A stretch of 53,350 nucleotides of DNA, filler included, from Jimgerdemannia flammicorona (GCA_003990765.1; 2 parts of 2 records of this genome joined end to end with filler, not necessarily neighbours in it), one strand, 5' to 3'; shown: positions 1-13,700, counted from the whole stretch's first letter. Made by a program: numbers and translations. Notes: generated by a model not told the origin, from the letters alone.

Positions 1-174
1 GGGGGGGGCTCTAGGAGGATCAGTTAGGGGTGGATACAGTGTATTATATAAAGCATAGATGGGTATTTTAATAAAGAATGGAGTCTGAGTAACTATAAAA
101 AAAAACAAAAAACAAAAAACAAACAACTGCTACCATCTAAACAATCATATAAATCAAACTAAGATATCTAGATA

Positions 175-720
175 AGATGGATATGAGAACACTAATATTC
201 TATAGATATATCTCAGATATATTGATTATTATCTTTATTGATGACTTCAAATAGTATGCTACTGTAAGAATCCTGACAGTAATATAATATATCCTTCAGT
301 CTCTAAGGACTAGTAAGAGCAGCATTTATAGCTACAATCTATATGGGAAATGATGACAATACCATACTAGCAGTACAGAAGGCCTGACTCCAAACTATCT
401 ACTATATACATAGATGGGATCAAGCAAGCTCTGAAGGATCAGCTCAATACAATATATCAAGGAATGAGTAAGGATCCAAACACATTCTACACCAGAATCT
501 AATATCAGATAATCCTTGTAGATTATACTACCACTATCAGAAATCAAGTAGCTGAGATAATCTTTATGAAAGGAGTCTTACTCTGAAGGATTCTCAACCA
601 ACAAATCAACCATGAATAAGAAACTCTACTACTGAATTATCACCTACCTGAGATAGCAAAAGATGCCCCAATATCTAGAAGAATGAACACAAATAATTTT
701 CAATAGAATATAGAAACAAT
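175..720 (+). pseudogene. gag: gag remnant of element A
   Basis: IKQALKDQLNTIYQGMSKDPNTFYT aligns with IKQALKDQLNTICQRLSEDSNSFYT at 21787-21870; many stops and indels. Confidence 0.7.
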
Positions 721-739
721 TCAAGACTAATAGAGAAAT

Positions 740-1768
740 ACTGAAAAAAGAAAAGCTATAAGTTATACTTAAATACAAGAAGGAGTAAGAAATGAAATCA
801 GTATATGAACTTAGCTATCTAGGAGGAACAAACATCTATGAAAAAGTAAGAAGAATAATATAGTGGCCAGAAATAGAGGAAGACATTAGACAATTTATCA
901 AGATTTGTAACAAATGCTAGAAACAGAAGTAAGACTAACAAAATCAGGACCCAGGATTAGCACACATAAAACCAGTACCCTTTGCAGCCTCCTACTATTG
1001 ACTTTGAATGACAACTAATATATCATTATCATTATAGACCTTTTTACAAAATAGATAGGGACAGGACCCCTCAAAGAAGCCAATGTACAGTCAATTGCTG
1101 ATTTCTTCTATAAATAAATTATCTGCTGATTCAAGACCTCAGCACAAGTAATCACAGATAGAGGAATGGAATTTGTGAACTAGTTCTTTGAGGTTCTCTA
1201 TAAGAAGTATAAGATCTAGTATATTCAGACTACAGCCTATCACCCTTAGAGAAATGGATAAGCAGAAAGACTCTCAAGAATATCATTATCAGATCTATAA
1301 TAACTATAAAAACTGGGATCACTATCTGCCAATAGCATTATCTGCTCTTCAGAATATCTGACCACAGAGCACCCATTTCACCCCTGGAGAGATACTATTC
1401 AGAGAAGAAAGTTCTCAAGAAACCTTATTATCTAATAGAGATGCTGTATAGAAATACATGAATATAGAAATACAAAGACTATACCAAATCTGGAAGAAGG
1501 CTGAGGATTACACAACCAAGGTGCAGATACTATAACAGAATAATATTAAAAAGATTCACAAGCTCCTAGAGATTATTAAGATAGGAGACAAAGTCCTAAT
1601 ATATCGGAATATGATAGAAGCTTTATGGTTACAAAAACTAAAGCCTAAGTGGAAAGGACCTTACCTTGTGCAAGATATAAAAAAACCACCTTTTGGCTTT
1701 AAAAACTCTCAGACATAATTATCTCTACTACTATTCACTGAAACTAACTTAAGAAGTATTATGGCTAA
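740..1768 (+). pseudogene. pol: Ty3/gypsy integrase remnant
   Basis: IDLFTK, VITDRGMEFVN, TTAYHP*RNG*AER, GPY/F motif KPKWKGPYLVQD (~1640-1676), ends LKKYYG*. Confidence 0.9.
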
Positions 1769-2250
1769 TCAATAGAGCACCACCACAGCCCTCAAGATCA
1801 CTAGTGCTACACAATGAGCTATAGAAAGACAATGATATACTACTGAGCTACAAATTTTAGAAGAATCCTTTGATAGTATCCAGAGTATAGTCCAGATACA
1901 CTTGTTACAAATCTTGTACTTTAAGGCCTATCAGAACTAGACTAAGTTTCAAGAATACTTTAAGTTGAGACAGCTACTAAACTTACAGTTAGAGATAGAA
2001 AAAGAAGACTTGATTAGAGAGTGTCAGCTCTCTTACACTCAGATCACTATTGCCAAAAGAGTGTATATATAAGTTATTTAAAGATAAATAAGCTTTAGCT
2101 CATTTCTGAGAAGTAGCCCTAAGAGACTTTGGATATATTAAGAGATACTATTAAGAGAACATAATGGTATAAATTGTACAGTATAAGAAGATATAAATTA
2201 TAGAAGCTTGGGAGTTTGAGTGAATAGAATATTTTAGAGATAAATTATAT
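1761..2250 (+). pseudogene. Extra ORF between integrase and PPT (env-like position), unknown product
   Basis: ATG overlaps the end of pol; one frame for ~100 codons whose stops can be explained by single transitions; FQEYFKL(R)QLL...TIAKRVY/KLF resembles the ORF in family B LTRs. Confidence 0.6.
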
Positions 2251-2264
2251 ATTTAGGAGAAAGT

Positions 2265-2727
2265 TGTGACAGTTGATCTAAATTAGGAATATGAATTAGA
2301 GGAATAAACATTTGATTGTAGTATCTGAATCTGATTCCCAAATATAGTATAGTCTTATAAATAGCAGTCATATTTCACAAACATTAAAGTTTTAGCAAAT
2401 ATTAAAAACTTTGCAGATATTAAAGATTTGGCAATTGTTAAAGATTTAGCAGATATTGAAAAATGACTTATAAGAAACATAGTCATAACTTAGCCACCTT
2501 ATAGCTAGCAAACTTATATAAATATTTCCAACATCTAGAGTGAATAAATCTCAGATCAAAATAGTTCAAAACAAAGAGAAAGTAAAGGAACTAGTAAGTC
2601 TATAGACAGATATACTTCAAACTCATCTACTCCTACATCCTGAGGACTCTACAAAGTTAAAGAAGATCAAGTTTTCAAGATATAGAACTCTAATGTACTT
2701 ACCCAGTTATATGTCCACTACATTACA
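2265..2727 (+). repeat. 3' LTR of element A (463 bp) with ~18-bp internal tandem repeats at ~2380-2460
   Basis: Starts TGTGAC just after the PPT, ends TTACA; homologous inverted copy at ~32732-33354. Confidence 0.85.
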
Positions 2728-2854
2728 ATATATTATATTAAGCTTATTATTAATAACTCAAATATATACTAACTATATATATATACTATATACTAAAAAC
2801 TTATTAATACATAATATACTAGCTAATGATTTATTAATATATAATACTGACCAA

Positions 2855-3436
2855 TAGTGCTCCAAACAAGTTAATCTGGATGGGATTCAAATCTCATTCA
2901 GATGGATTTGAATTAACCATTATTTTGATTTCCAAATTAGACAATTAAATGTTTACATCAATATTTCAATAAATAATCATCCAAATTTGATAATCTTGGT
3001 GGCATTTGAAAGTCCTTAATATGGCCTTTCTAATAATACTAAGAATATTATAATTAGATTACACATTGTCGAGATATTAGGGAAAATGTTCTATTTGATA
3101 AAATTTCCAAAATCAGCAAATTGAATAATTTTCAAAATTGGCAATTCAGATAGTTTCCTTCATAACTTAGTAATACATGATCTGATTTCAATATTCTTGG
3201 TATCATTAGATATACCTTATTAAAGGCTTTCAAATGATATCAAGATTATCAAATTTGGATCATTATTTATTAAGTTATTGATGTAAATATTTAATTATCT
3301 AATTTGGAAATCAAAACAATGGTTAATTTGAATTCATTCAGATGAGATTCAAATCCCATCTGAGTTAATCTAGATGGGATTCAATTGGAATCAATTTGAA
3401 TCTAATCCAGATTAAATTGACTCATTAGAAGCACTA
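2855..3436. mobile_element. hAT-type MITE with long inverted arms (older, CpG-depleted copy)
   Basis: TAGTGCT...AGCACTA termini; 8-bp TSD CTGACCAA at 2847-2854 and 3437-3444; second copy at 33803-34342. Confidence 0.92.
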
Positions 3437-4009
3437 CTGACCAATATATGCTAATATATATATAAAGCTATTTATTAATATATATTAATTATATAAGTAA
3501 TTCTTAGTAATAATATAATATATAACTCTTTAATATATACTCTCTCACTCTTTTTTCTCCTTTCTATCTCTTATATAATTATTATTATATCTTTTTACTC
3601 ATATAATATATAAGTTAAAATTTTAAAATAGATAAAATCTACTATTATATCTATTATTTAATAACTTTATCTTTATTATTTAAGCTCAAAATTCTTCTAT
3701 AATACTCTACTATCTGAAACTCTTAGAGAATAAGAAATAAAGTTAAAAGATATATATTCTAATCAAAAGTATACCACCAAGCTTAAGTTACTTAGATATA
3801 TAATTATTATTAATATATAGTATAATAAAAAATAGTAGAAGAATATCTTAAAAAAAAATTCAATAGTCTGAGTTTTGATATTAATATACTAATCACTAAG
3901 AATTAAACTATAAAATATTTGAAGATATATTAACTTATATATACTTTTCTCTTTTTTATATATATTTGATTTTTTTTTAATTATTTTTTATTTACAGATT
4001 ATCTATTAG

Positions 4010-4287
4010 TAGTACTCTAAATAAGTTGATTTGAATTAAATCTGGATTCAATTTATTATGTGATAGTTTGATCTGAATCTCAAATCTAAAATAATCTGAG
4101 TCAATTTGAATCAATCTAAATCACTCAATCTGAATTACTTAATTTAAATTCTTCAATCTAAATTCTACAATCTGAATTCTTTAATCCAAATTCTTCAATC
4201 TGAATCACTTAATCTGAATTCTTCAATCTGAATTCTTTTAAATCTACCATATGACTTATATACTAGATATGCTAATGCAAAATATAT
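4010..4287 (+). mobile_element. 5' end of an old hAT DNA transposon (TIR plus subterminal repeats)
   Basis: TAGTACTC terminus and AATCTGAAT-type repeats match the reverse complement of 32260-32718. Confidence 0.8.
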
Positions 4288-6527
4288 TATAATAATACCT
4301 TTAAAACTAGTAATATTAGAATCTAAAAACTGCTTAAACTTAGCAAGCTACTAATTACAAGTTATGACTCAACCATGACTTATCTTGATTATAAGATAAT
4401 CTGCAACTGAACTCATAAGAACTCATAATGACTCCAGTAGTATACTACTCAAGTCAGGTAATCCTACACTCTGGACCAAAGGAGCAGACTCTCAAGATAT
4501 AAAAGAAGTAATAAGAGAAGAAGGACAAGGTATCAATTATAAAGCTCACTATAAAATAAGATACCTGCTACTCACTAAATAGCAAGGTCAAGGAGCCACC
4601 CAGATCCATCAGTCTAAGAATAAATATTCACTAATATCAAGAGAGTAATGAGACTATATATAAGAAAGACCCCTAGTCTGAACCTCTATATAAGGGACCC
4701 CTACCACTATACTCTCAATTGCTGAAAAATAGAGATAAGAATTACTACTACCACTAAGTATATCTAGATATAGTAAGAATATAAAATAAGACATCACCTC
4801 TATCAGGAGTTCTTATAGACCAGCTCTTAAGAAATTGAAGATATTATATATATAGATAGATATGAGTAAAAACTAGCTAGAAGAGTCCACTAGATCTTCA
4901 GGCATATACTTTGGGCTATTTTCAATCTTGAGTATATCAGAGTCTCTAATATTTAAGAATTAACAAGCTGCTGTGCAGACCACCTTAAGGAAATGGTTAC
5001 CAAGGAGGCCCAATCTACTATTACAGTCAAGAGTAATAAAGTTCAAGATCTTTAGAACCCTATTCTAGAGAATAACTCAGATCAATTCCTCCATGGTCTA
5101 ATTGCACTATTTCAAGGTCCTCTTCTAAGAGTCTGCTACTCTCAGAACTCTACAGATGTTCTCTACTTTGTAGATAACCTTACCATTGACTGGAGACCTC
5201 AAGAGTAGAATAATATCACTCCCCCAGACAACTTGGAGAATAATGACAACCCACTTATTCTACTGGAAAATAATGCCTACAACTTCTTTTTCTCCTTCTA
5301 AGACTCTCTCACTAACTCTAACATAACTGTGGAGAATGCAGAAAATAATTTAGTCAGACTCTTTGAAGAAAATAAGAAGGAAAATAAGAATGACATAATC
5401 TCTGTCATATTGAACTTTAAGATATATAAGAATAATTAGCCAAATTTGAGTAAGTTAGTAATTGTATATTTAACTAGCTATATTTAGATTAGTTAGTTAG
5501 TTGTACAAATAGTGACTGTACTTTAACTAGTCAAATTTGTTATAAATATAAAACTAGCCTTTTTAGTTAGTTAGTCACCTGAATTCTAAAAGTATACTAA
5601 ATAGTATCTTCTAGTAATTGTGAGTTTTAACCAATTATCCAGTCTTATATATAGCCTGAAATCTATATAAATACCCCCCCTGATCTATAGTGAATAAACC
5701 TCAGTCAATTGGTATATAACATAAGTCAATTAGTTTGTAATACCAATTTAAGTTCTAAAAGACAAGAGAAGTTGAGTGTAAGAACTTTGGAAAAGACTCC
5801 AAGAGCCAAAGGAAATCACTCTTACTACTGCAATAAAAATTAGATACAAGACCAGAAAATACTACTACAAGAACAAATTCTAGGGATCAAGATATCTATC
5901 TGGAGCATAAAGCTTAGAGATTGAGAAGATGAATCACTCTTACTACTGCTACTAGTCAAGTCAGCTAGTAAATTGCTGCCATAAAAAACCATGAAAATCA
6001 GAAATCAAGATCTACAGAATCCAAGTCAGTCAGCTAAACACTATTCTAAGAAAATATCAGAATACTGCTAGGAAATATAGAGAACCCATGAAATAACTGC
6101 TAGCCAGGAAACTTAAGAATAATATACAAATGAGTCAATTGAATATATTACTATGAAAATTGGTCATATTCAAAATATAAGTCAGAACTACACATCCAAG
6201 ACAGTCAGTTAAAATTGGTATAGAAATAAGACACTAGACCTAGGAAATATCATGAAACTTACCAGAAACCTAGCTAGGAATACTAGAATAATCATCAGCA
6301 TACCAGAACTTATGATATATATTCTTTTACTTTTCACCATTCCAAATGTCTAGTTATATAACCAACAACCTATAACATATGAACAAAATTGAACAGTAGT
6401 TGAACTAAACATTGAGCTAGAATATTGTTAGTAGATAACGATATCAATAGCTTATAATTAATCAGAGACATATTGAGCCATACATATTATCTATCAGCAA
6501 CCAGACCCATACAAATTATATGCTACA
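4288..6527 (+). mobile_element. 2.24-kb solo LTR (divergent relative of family B) inserted in the old hAT
   Basis: Termini TATAAT (decayed TGTAAC)...CTACA; 4-bp TSD ATAT at 4284-4287 and 6528-6531; hAT sequence resumes on both sides. Confidence 0.7.
4561..5420 (+). pseudogene. LTR-embedded ORF, divergent copy
   Basis: Single frame: LARRVH*IFRHILWAIFNLEYIRVS...EAQSTITV...PILENNSDQFLHGLIALFQGP; protein-level match to 22747-23569. Confidence 0.7.
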
Positions 6528-6531
6528 ATAT

Positions 6532-6870
6532 ATACAAACAAATATATAGTATATTTAAGTACTCATATTGACTGGCTAATCTTTAATAATTTACAATACT
6601 GATGATATCTCAAGTCAAATATCTTTAATAGTCTCATATACTCCTCACAATCTTCATTCTAAAATCTGACAACATTGTACTAAGATTGGTGACAAGGTTA
6701 TTTATAGTTACTATAGATGAATATATATATATATATATATATATTTATAATATAACTTAAATATTACTTGATATATATATAATATTAACTTACTAAACTT
6801 AGTTAATCTTATATATTACATAGTTAGAAGTTCAAGATATATGTATGATAATTTAACTTTAAATATATAC
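6532..6870 (+). pseudogene. Old hAT transposase exon 1 and start of exon 2 (BED finger remnant)
   Basis: AAAATCTGACAACATTGTACTAAGATTGGTGAC aligns with the EIWQHYTKIGD-coding segment of the young hAT at ~32060-32095 (reverse strand). Confidence 0.75.
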
Positions 6871-8176
6871 TATTATATAGTAGTTACTGAGTTCTTTAAA
6901 TATATCAGATTCTCTTCAAGGTGTATCTCTTAGACTATCTCAAGTTTGTTATAAGCAAGTTCTTATTGGAGTACCTTCCTAAGGTCTTATAGTCCTCAAA
7001 CTTCTTATCTTTAAACTGTCTTATTATTCCTTTAGATTGCTTGCAAGGAATTGTATATATTAGACTGAGAGGAACTGACTTTATTTCAAAGGAAATAAGA
7101 GAGATATTTATACAAAATATAATTCAATAGTTGCTAAGATATAAAGCTAAATATAAATTCCAATAAATAAATAAAATACTAGAACACAGAAAACTATAGT
7201 TATCAGTACAGATTTTAGTATTAGTACAAATGGTTGCATAAGTTCAGGGTGCTGGTAGAATTTTAGTAGTATAGGAAAAATACTGAAAGAATTTGGAGTT
7301 ATACAGGATTAGAATACCAGTAGAAGAATTAACTATTATATAGGAAAAGAATGCTGGCAGAATTCAGTATTACTAAGAACTCAGAGCAGAAAGTTCAGAA
7401 CTATGGGGGTTTCATCCTCATCACTGTCCTCAAAGGAGATGAGGTCTGTGAATATTTTGTCTGTTTCATGTACTTCATCATACATTTCACATATGTTGTG
7501 CAGGATGACATCATTGTCAATGACATCATCATATTTAGTGGCAGGGAGAGTAAGGAGATCAGAAGCTCTCTAGTCTATAAGGTCCTCTTCTACAAAATAA
7601 GGGACAAATGTGGGGTCTTGGAGAGATCTAACCTGGATGCTTGGACCTTGGAATACTGAGATCAATCCTTGTAGGAATTGATCTGGGTTATCTTGGAGGA
7701 TGGGATACCAGAACTCTTCTACCTCATCACTGTTGAGGGTGATAGTGGACTAGGCTTCTATAGCCACCATGGCTTCTAGTATATTGATATAGTGGGCTGA
7801 CAGATCTCTGAAGTCTGAGACTCTGATATACTCCAAGTTGGAGATCAACTATAGTGTATGCCTGAAGATCTGATGAATCTTCTTGACTATTCTTATTTTA
7901 TATATATATATCAATGAGAGTGGTATCTTGTAGCTCTTGAGGGCTAGCTTGAGGGAATTTCTGGCAGAGGAGGTTTCCTATAATGCCTATCACTCAGACC
8001 AAATGCATCTAAGCCATCAGAAGGGTGAGTATCTTAAGTTTTGGAGGCCATAAGCATAGGCTCCAAGGAGTACTGACAGATATATCTCGTCCCTTAGGTA
8101 TAGAAGTCCTATCTGGTCTTTTCAGTGTGGCCATAGCTTTAGTTTCAGCAAGTTACAAGGATTTCAAGAATTTCAG

Positions 8177-8565
8177 ACAAGATGTACAAGATGAGCAATA
8201 TAGGCAAGACAGGCAAAATAGGCAAAACAGGTAAGATGGGCAATATGGGCAATATGGACAATATGAGCAATATGGGCAATATAGGCAATATGGACAAAGT
8301 GGGCAAGATAGTAAGATGGCAAGATGGGCAAGATGGGCAAGACAGCAAGATAGTAAGATAGTAAGACAGCAAGATGGTAAGATGGGCAAGATGATAAGAT
8401 AGGTAAGATAGGCAAGGTAAGATGAGCAATAAGAGTAAGATGGGCAAAATGGGCAAAACAGAATGAGTAAGATGGGCAAGATAGGCAATATGGGCAATAT
8501 GGACAATATGGGAAATATGGGTAAGATGGGCAAGATGGCAAGATAGCAAGATAGGCAAGACAGGC
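8177..8565 (+). repeat. Degenerate 8-9-bp satellite (AAGATGGGC/AATATGGGC), left part
   Basis: Directly visible tandem units. Confidence 0.95.
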
Positions 8566-8893
8566 ATCTCTCTCCAGTACTATTTAGATTACACAACCTT
8601 TGGAAAGCACTTATAATATTATTTATTGGAGAAAGTAACTAGCAATATGGTGACTGACCAGCAATCTGAGGTGTGTACTGGGCAGGGTGGCCCAAGTGCA
8701 TTCAACTGGCATGGGGTGAGGCCCTAGGCTGGGGGGAGGTATGAGGGGGCTACTGGCAGAAGGATGTGGTAGAGGAGGGGGCAGCAGTAGAGGACCAGGG
8801 CCTGGAAGGGTGAGCTTCGCAGAGATGGTAAAGGGGAGACAGTAGGCATCTGGGCTGGAGGGATGGCTGAGGAGGGACAAGGAGGTAGGGAAG

Positions 8894-9754
8894 ATGGCAG
8901 CTCAGAGGGGAGTAGCCCTTAGTGGTGGAGGCAGTGGAGCTGTGGGTGTAGTGGCTGGGGAGAGCATGATGGCTGATGGAGACAGGACTGCTAATCTGGA
9001 AAAAAATCCAGATATGACTGCCAATGGCATGGCTGAGTGGCAGGGGCTTGGAAGATCAGGGGATTTGGCAGATGGTGTGATGGGCCTAGCAGTGGCCCTG
9101 TTACTCAAGAAATTGATCTTGGTATTTGCAGTTACTCTGTGCTTCTGGGGCCTAGCAGTGACAGCGAAAATGGTGCTAGGACTCATCACTAAACAGGTGG
9201 CTGGAGCAGCATCCATAAAGTTTCTAAAGAGATTGAAGGGAGTGGAGGTGGGATTCAAGGAGGCTGAGCCTTTGGAGGAGGCACTGAAGGTGGGATTGAC
9301 TGTTGGGAAGGTGTGTGTTCTGATGACATGTTGTCTTAGGTGGGATCTCAGAGTGGTACAACTGCTGGTGAAAGAGGTACCTATGGTGATGGCAGTAGAG
9401 ATGAGAAGGAGAGTTGAAGAGGTCATGGCAGAGTATGGTGATGTAGTGGACATCAGCTTCAGAGTATGGGAAGGGACCTCACTCTGGACTGGAGATGTTG
9501 ATGTGAGGATTCAGCTGGCAGAGAAGGAAGCTACCAGGAAGATAAGAGACTGGCCTTCAGTAATGGTCTGGGGGGCAATCTTGTACAAGGTGACGAGGGT
9601 GAAGGGGAGTGAGGAGGAGGAAGAGGATCTGTTGGAGACACTGGAAGAGCTGGGTGGTATAGTGAAGCAGAGGGCAAAGGCTTGGAAGGCATTTGTAGAG
9701 TCCACACACCTGGAGGTGGTGGATGGGAAGTGGATTCATATAGACAAGAAGTAG
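8894..9754 (+). pseudogene. LINE ORF1 remnant (possibly once extending toward ~10700)
   Basis: Lies upstream of APE; VEEVMAEYGDVVDISFRVWEGTSLWTGDVDVRIQL resembles L1/Tx1 ORF1 RRM-like region. Confidence 0.65.
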
Positions 9755-10724
9755 TGGGAAAGGGCTCAGGGATGCAAGAGACAGAAGAAATTGTTGGCAA
9801 AGCTAGAGGAGAGGCCACAGAAGAATGCAGGCAGAATGGGGGAGATGGCAGGTGCTAAAGTAAGTATCTGAGCAGGCAAGGGTGGCAGGAGTGCTGAGAA
9901 GGGGACTGGAGAGGTCAGGGAGGTGGTGGGCAATAACCCCTATGCTGATAGTATGTTTGAGGTCTGGGAGGAGGATGGGGAAGCCTCACCTACCCCTTCT
10001 CCACTTATCATATGTGGTCCAGCTTCCTGAAGCAGGGTGGAGGAGGATATACCTATGTGGGGGGCCCAGTGAGTTTAATTTGGAGTTCCAGAGGTGGTGG
10101 ATGGTGGACAAGGGGTGGCAGTTGGAGAGGAGGAACTGGTGGATGTCTCTGAGATATGAGATGAGTCTGCAAGTGCCAGAGCTAATACCATGATGCTGGA
10201 TGGAGAGAGGCCTGCAACTTCTGAAGGGAAGGAGGTTGGGAATCTACTTTGGATGTATCAGATGATGAATAACCTGGTGGCTGATGAGTTGGGAGAGGTA
10301 GACTTGAGAGTCATGAGTGATGAGCATTGGGTGAGAGTCCTGCAAGGGGTTGGAGTGGTATTGGCATTGAAGGCGGAAATTCTTGCCATATATTTGGGGA
10401 AGGAAGGGTATGAGGTGGATGAGGAGCAGGAGGCAGAATTGGCAGACATTGCTGGTGAGAGGGCTGAATACTGCTGGACCAAGCATCATGGACTGTAGCT
10501 CTGGCAGGAGGCCTGCCTGGAGTACCAGGAAGAGTTTGAGGAGAAGGCGGGTGGGGAGATGAATGAGCTGTTGGCTAGATTGGAGGCTCAGAGGGCTGGG
10601 GAGAAAGCAGTGACTACAGAACATAATCTGGACTTGGCACAGGAAGAGAGGAACATGGAGCAGTAGGAATGGACTGGATAATACACCATATCTCACTATG
10701 AATAGTACAACCAACATTTTTTTT

Positions 10725-13700
10725 TTTGAACATGAATGGGCTGAGGAGTACTTTTCAACATAGGAATATTTTTACTTGGCTGAAGAGATTGGAGGCCAAT
10801 CTCTTCCTATTGTGGGATGTCTGGTATGAAGATGATTTGGATAGACTAGATTGGATGAAAGAATAGGGAGGAGAGATAGTTTGGAAGGGCAAGGTGGGAA
10901 TTCTGGTCTGGAAAGGCAGAGGGGAGATATGAGATGTGAGGAGCTGGGGGGATAGACTGGTCTGGGGAGAATGGATATATACAGGTTAGGAGCCAGTCAT
11001 AGTGGACTCCTGCTACTGCCTCACTGTATGGGGTGAGCATGTGGATTGGGTGTGGGGTCTCCAGGAGAGCAGGGTCCTTGTAAAAGCTGGAGTGGATATG
11101 CTTGGTGGAGATTTCAATATGGTCCAGGATGTGCAGTTAGATAGAATGGATGGTGGCTAGGGAGCTGAGACTAGGAGTGGAGGGCTGGTGGTATGGGAGG
11201 AAGTAGAAAGGCTTAGTACTCTGATAGATGTGGGTAGGAAGTACTAGGGGGATAGAAGAGTGTACACACATTGGGCAGGGGGTCTGGGGACAAGGATTGA
11301 CTGAATTCTGATGGCTAGCTGCTGGGGCTTGGATGTCTAGAAGTTGCTGAAGGTAGAATGGTATCCATGGTCAGATCATTGGGGGTTGTTAGGATGAGGA
11401 TATTTTGGGGGGAGTGGGGATGGGCCTGGACATTGGCACCTCAATACCTCTTTATTAGATAATGGGATCTGATGGGATGAGTAAGCTGAGGACATACAAC
11501 TGAGGGTGACAAGCTGGAGACAGGAAGGTGCCCCTGTTGGTATTTGGTGGATGAGGTTGAAAGAGAGAGCAAGGGCCTACTGGAGTGAGGTTGGCAAGGA
11601 GGTGGGGAAGTAGAGGAGGCAACAGGTGAGATGGGCTACAGGTAGGCTCTCTAGACTCTTAGAGGATTGGGCAGGCCTAGCAACATCAGTGAGAGGCGAA
11701 GACTGGAGGTTGAGGAGGGCTAAAATGGAAGTTGGAGAATTGCAACAGATGTTGCGGGAAGAGGAGGAGGCCAGGGTACAGAGCCTGGTGGTGTGGCTTC
11801 ATTAGTAGAGTTTGGAGGAAGGAGAGAGGTCCTCAAAGTACCTCATGAGGGTCCTTCAGGCAAGAAGGGTACAGCAATGATGGGAGGGGGTGATTGACTC
11901 TGAGGGTATACTGGTATATGGTGTATAAGACATTCTTGGGTCACTTAAGGAGTGGTGGAGTGGGTTGTGGAGTGAGGAGCTGACCCTGATACCATTGATT
12001 GGGCATTGGAGGATTAGTACCCCCTACAAGTGGATGGGCTAGAGGACTTGGTGCTACCAGTTCAAGAGGAAGAAATCTGCCAGGTTCTTGCAGCAACAAT
12101 GTTGGGTACTATACCTGGGGAGGATGGTCTGCCCTGAGACTTCTGGAAGAAAATGGTGGGAGTTCCTAGAGTACTGAGTGAGATAACAGTATTGTGTAAC
12201 TATATCCTGTAGACAGGGAGATGGGTGGGGGAGCAGGATCTGGGGCTGGTGACATTACTTTACAAGAACAAAGGAAGGTGAGAGAACTGGAAGAACTGGC
12301 AGCTGATTATGCTGCTGGATATGGACAGAAAATTGGTCACAAAAGTGGTAGTTACAAGGCTACAGAAGGTAGCCCAGCAAGTTCTGGGTGTTGAACAGAG
12401 AGGCTTTGTAGGCGGCTAGCTCATTAGGGATGGTATGGCCTGGGTGTATGGCATTATTGAAGGGGCATGAGCTTGTGGACTAGATGGGAGACTGGTCTTC
12501 TTAGATCAGGAGAAGGCTTATGACTGAGTGTGACAAGTTTGGCTAGGGAAAGTATGGACAGAACTAGAGTTCCACACCAGTTCTGGTTGGTGATGATCAG
12601 CCTATTGAAAGGGAGTAGGGCTGCACTCATTTGTAATAGACATAGAGAGATATCATTCCCCCTGGGAAGAGGTGTTCCACAGGGTGACCCACTGTCCCCC
12701 ATTCTGTATGCTCTCTCACTGGAACCTCTAATGGACAGAATTCAGAGAAAGATAGAAGGGCTTGCCATCTTTGGAATTGGGTGGAAAGTTGGGGCCTTTG
12801 CAGATAACATGGTGGTCAGCCTGGGATCTATTGCTGATGTTGAAGAGCTAAAGAGGACAGTGGAGTGGTATGAGATGAACTCTGGGACTAAGCTCAATTG
12901 GCATAAGTGTGAGACAATGGTATTAGGTAATGGCCTGGTGGGGGGAGACATTATTGGAACTATCATCTCTGCTGGTGAGGTGGTGTGGTATCTGGGCATT
13001 TATTTGTCAGTATATGGATCAGTACTTCCCAGACTCTGGTGGAAACAGAGAATAGGAGTCTGGGGGGAGGACCTGCAGAGCTGGAGAGGTTGTCACTTGT
13101 CTCTGGTGGGGCAGGTCTCGGTTTTGAATATCTATTGGCTGCTGAAGTTGTGATACCTGGCTTATCACTTGGACTTCCCAGTCTGGGTAGTGAAGAGACT
13201 ATTGAAGCTGGCCAAAGGGTGGATCTGGGCTGGAAGGAGAAGTCAGATTGGTTGGGAGATCTTGTCCTTACCAGTGGAAAGAGAAGGTCTTAGACTGGTT
13301 GACTTCCTGAAGAGGTTACATTGCCTGAGAGTATGGTGGATAAAGAGAGCAATGGAGCTAAGAGGGGGTGGCTGGGTCCCACTCTTGCAGAAAGTTTGGG
13401 AGTTGAGGTCTTCACCAAGAGGCTCATCAGGAGATCTCCTTTCATTGGTTGGACTTCAGAACATTACCCAATTGCATTATAAATGTTTCTGGTGGGGAGT
13501 AGTAGAGGGGGCACACCATATTGGAATTCATTAGTAAGGAAATGAGGGAGAAGAGGCCTGGGACCTGGCAATGTAGAGATGGGATTGAGTGTTGCTGGGA
13601 GGTGTGCCCTTAACCAAGTTTGACATTGATGATGGGATAGATTGCCAACGAGGACCAGGCCAGGATCTGTGGCCTAGTGGATGGCAGGGAGTGGGTATTG

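Larger units (their letters stand above)
1..2727 (+). mobile_element. Degenerate, internally deleted Ty3/gypsy LTR retrotransposon (element A): gag remnant, integrase, extra ORF, PPT, 3' LTR
   Basis: Gag remnant (IKQALKDQLNTI, ~420-455) matches gag of element B; integrase motifs at 1030-1680; PPT AGGAGAAAG 2255-2263; TG...CA LTR 2265-2727; no recognisable PR/RT/RNaseH. Confidence 0.85.

Noticed and set aside
8145..8596. Cys/Pro/Leu-rich ORFs here and at 14367-15134
   Set aside because: Antisense translations of the satellite, open in all three frames
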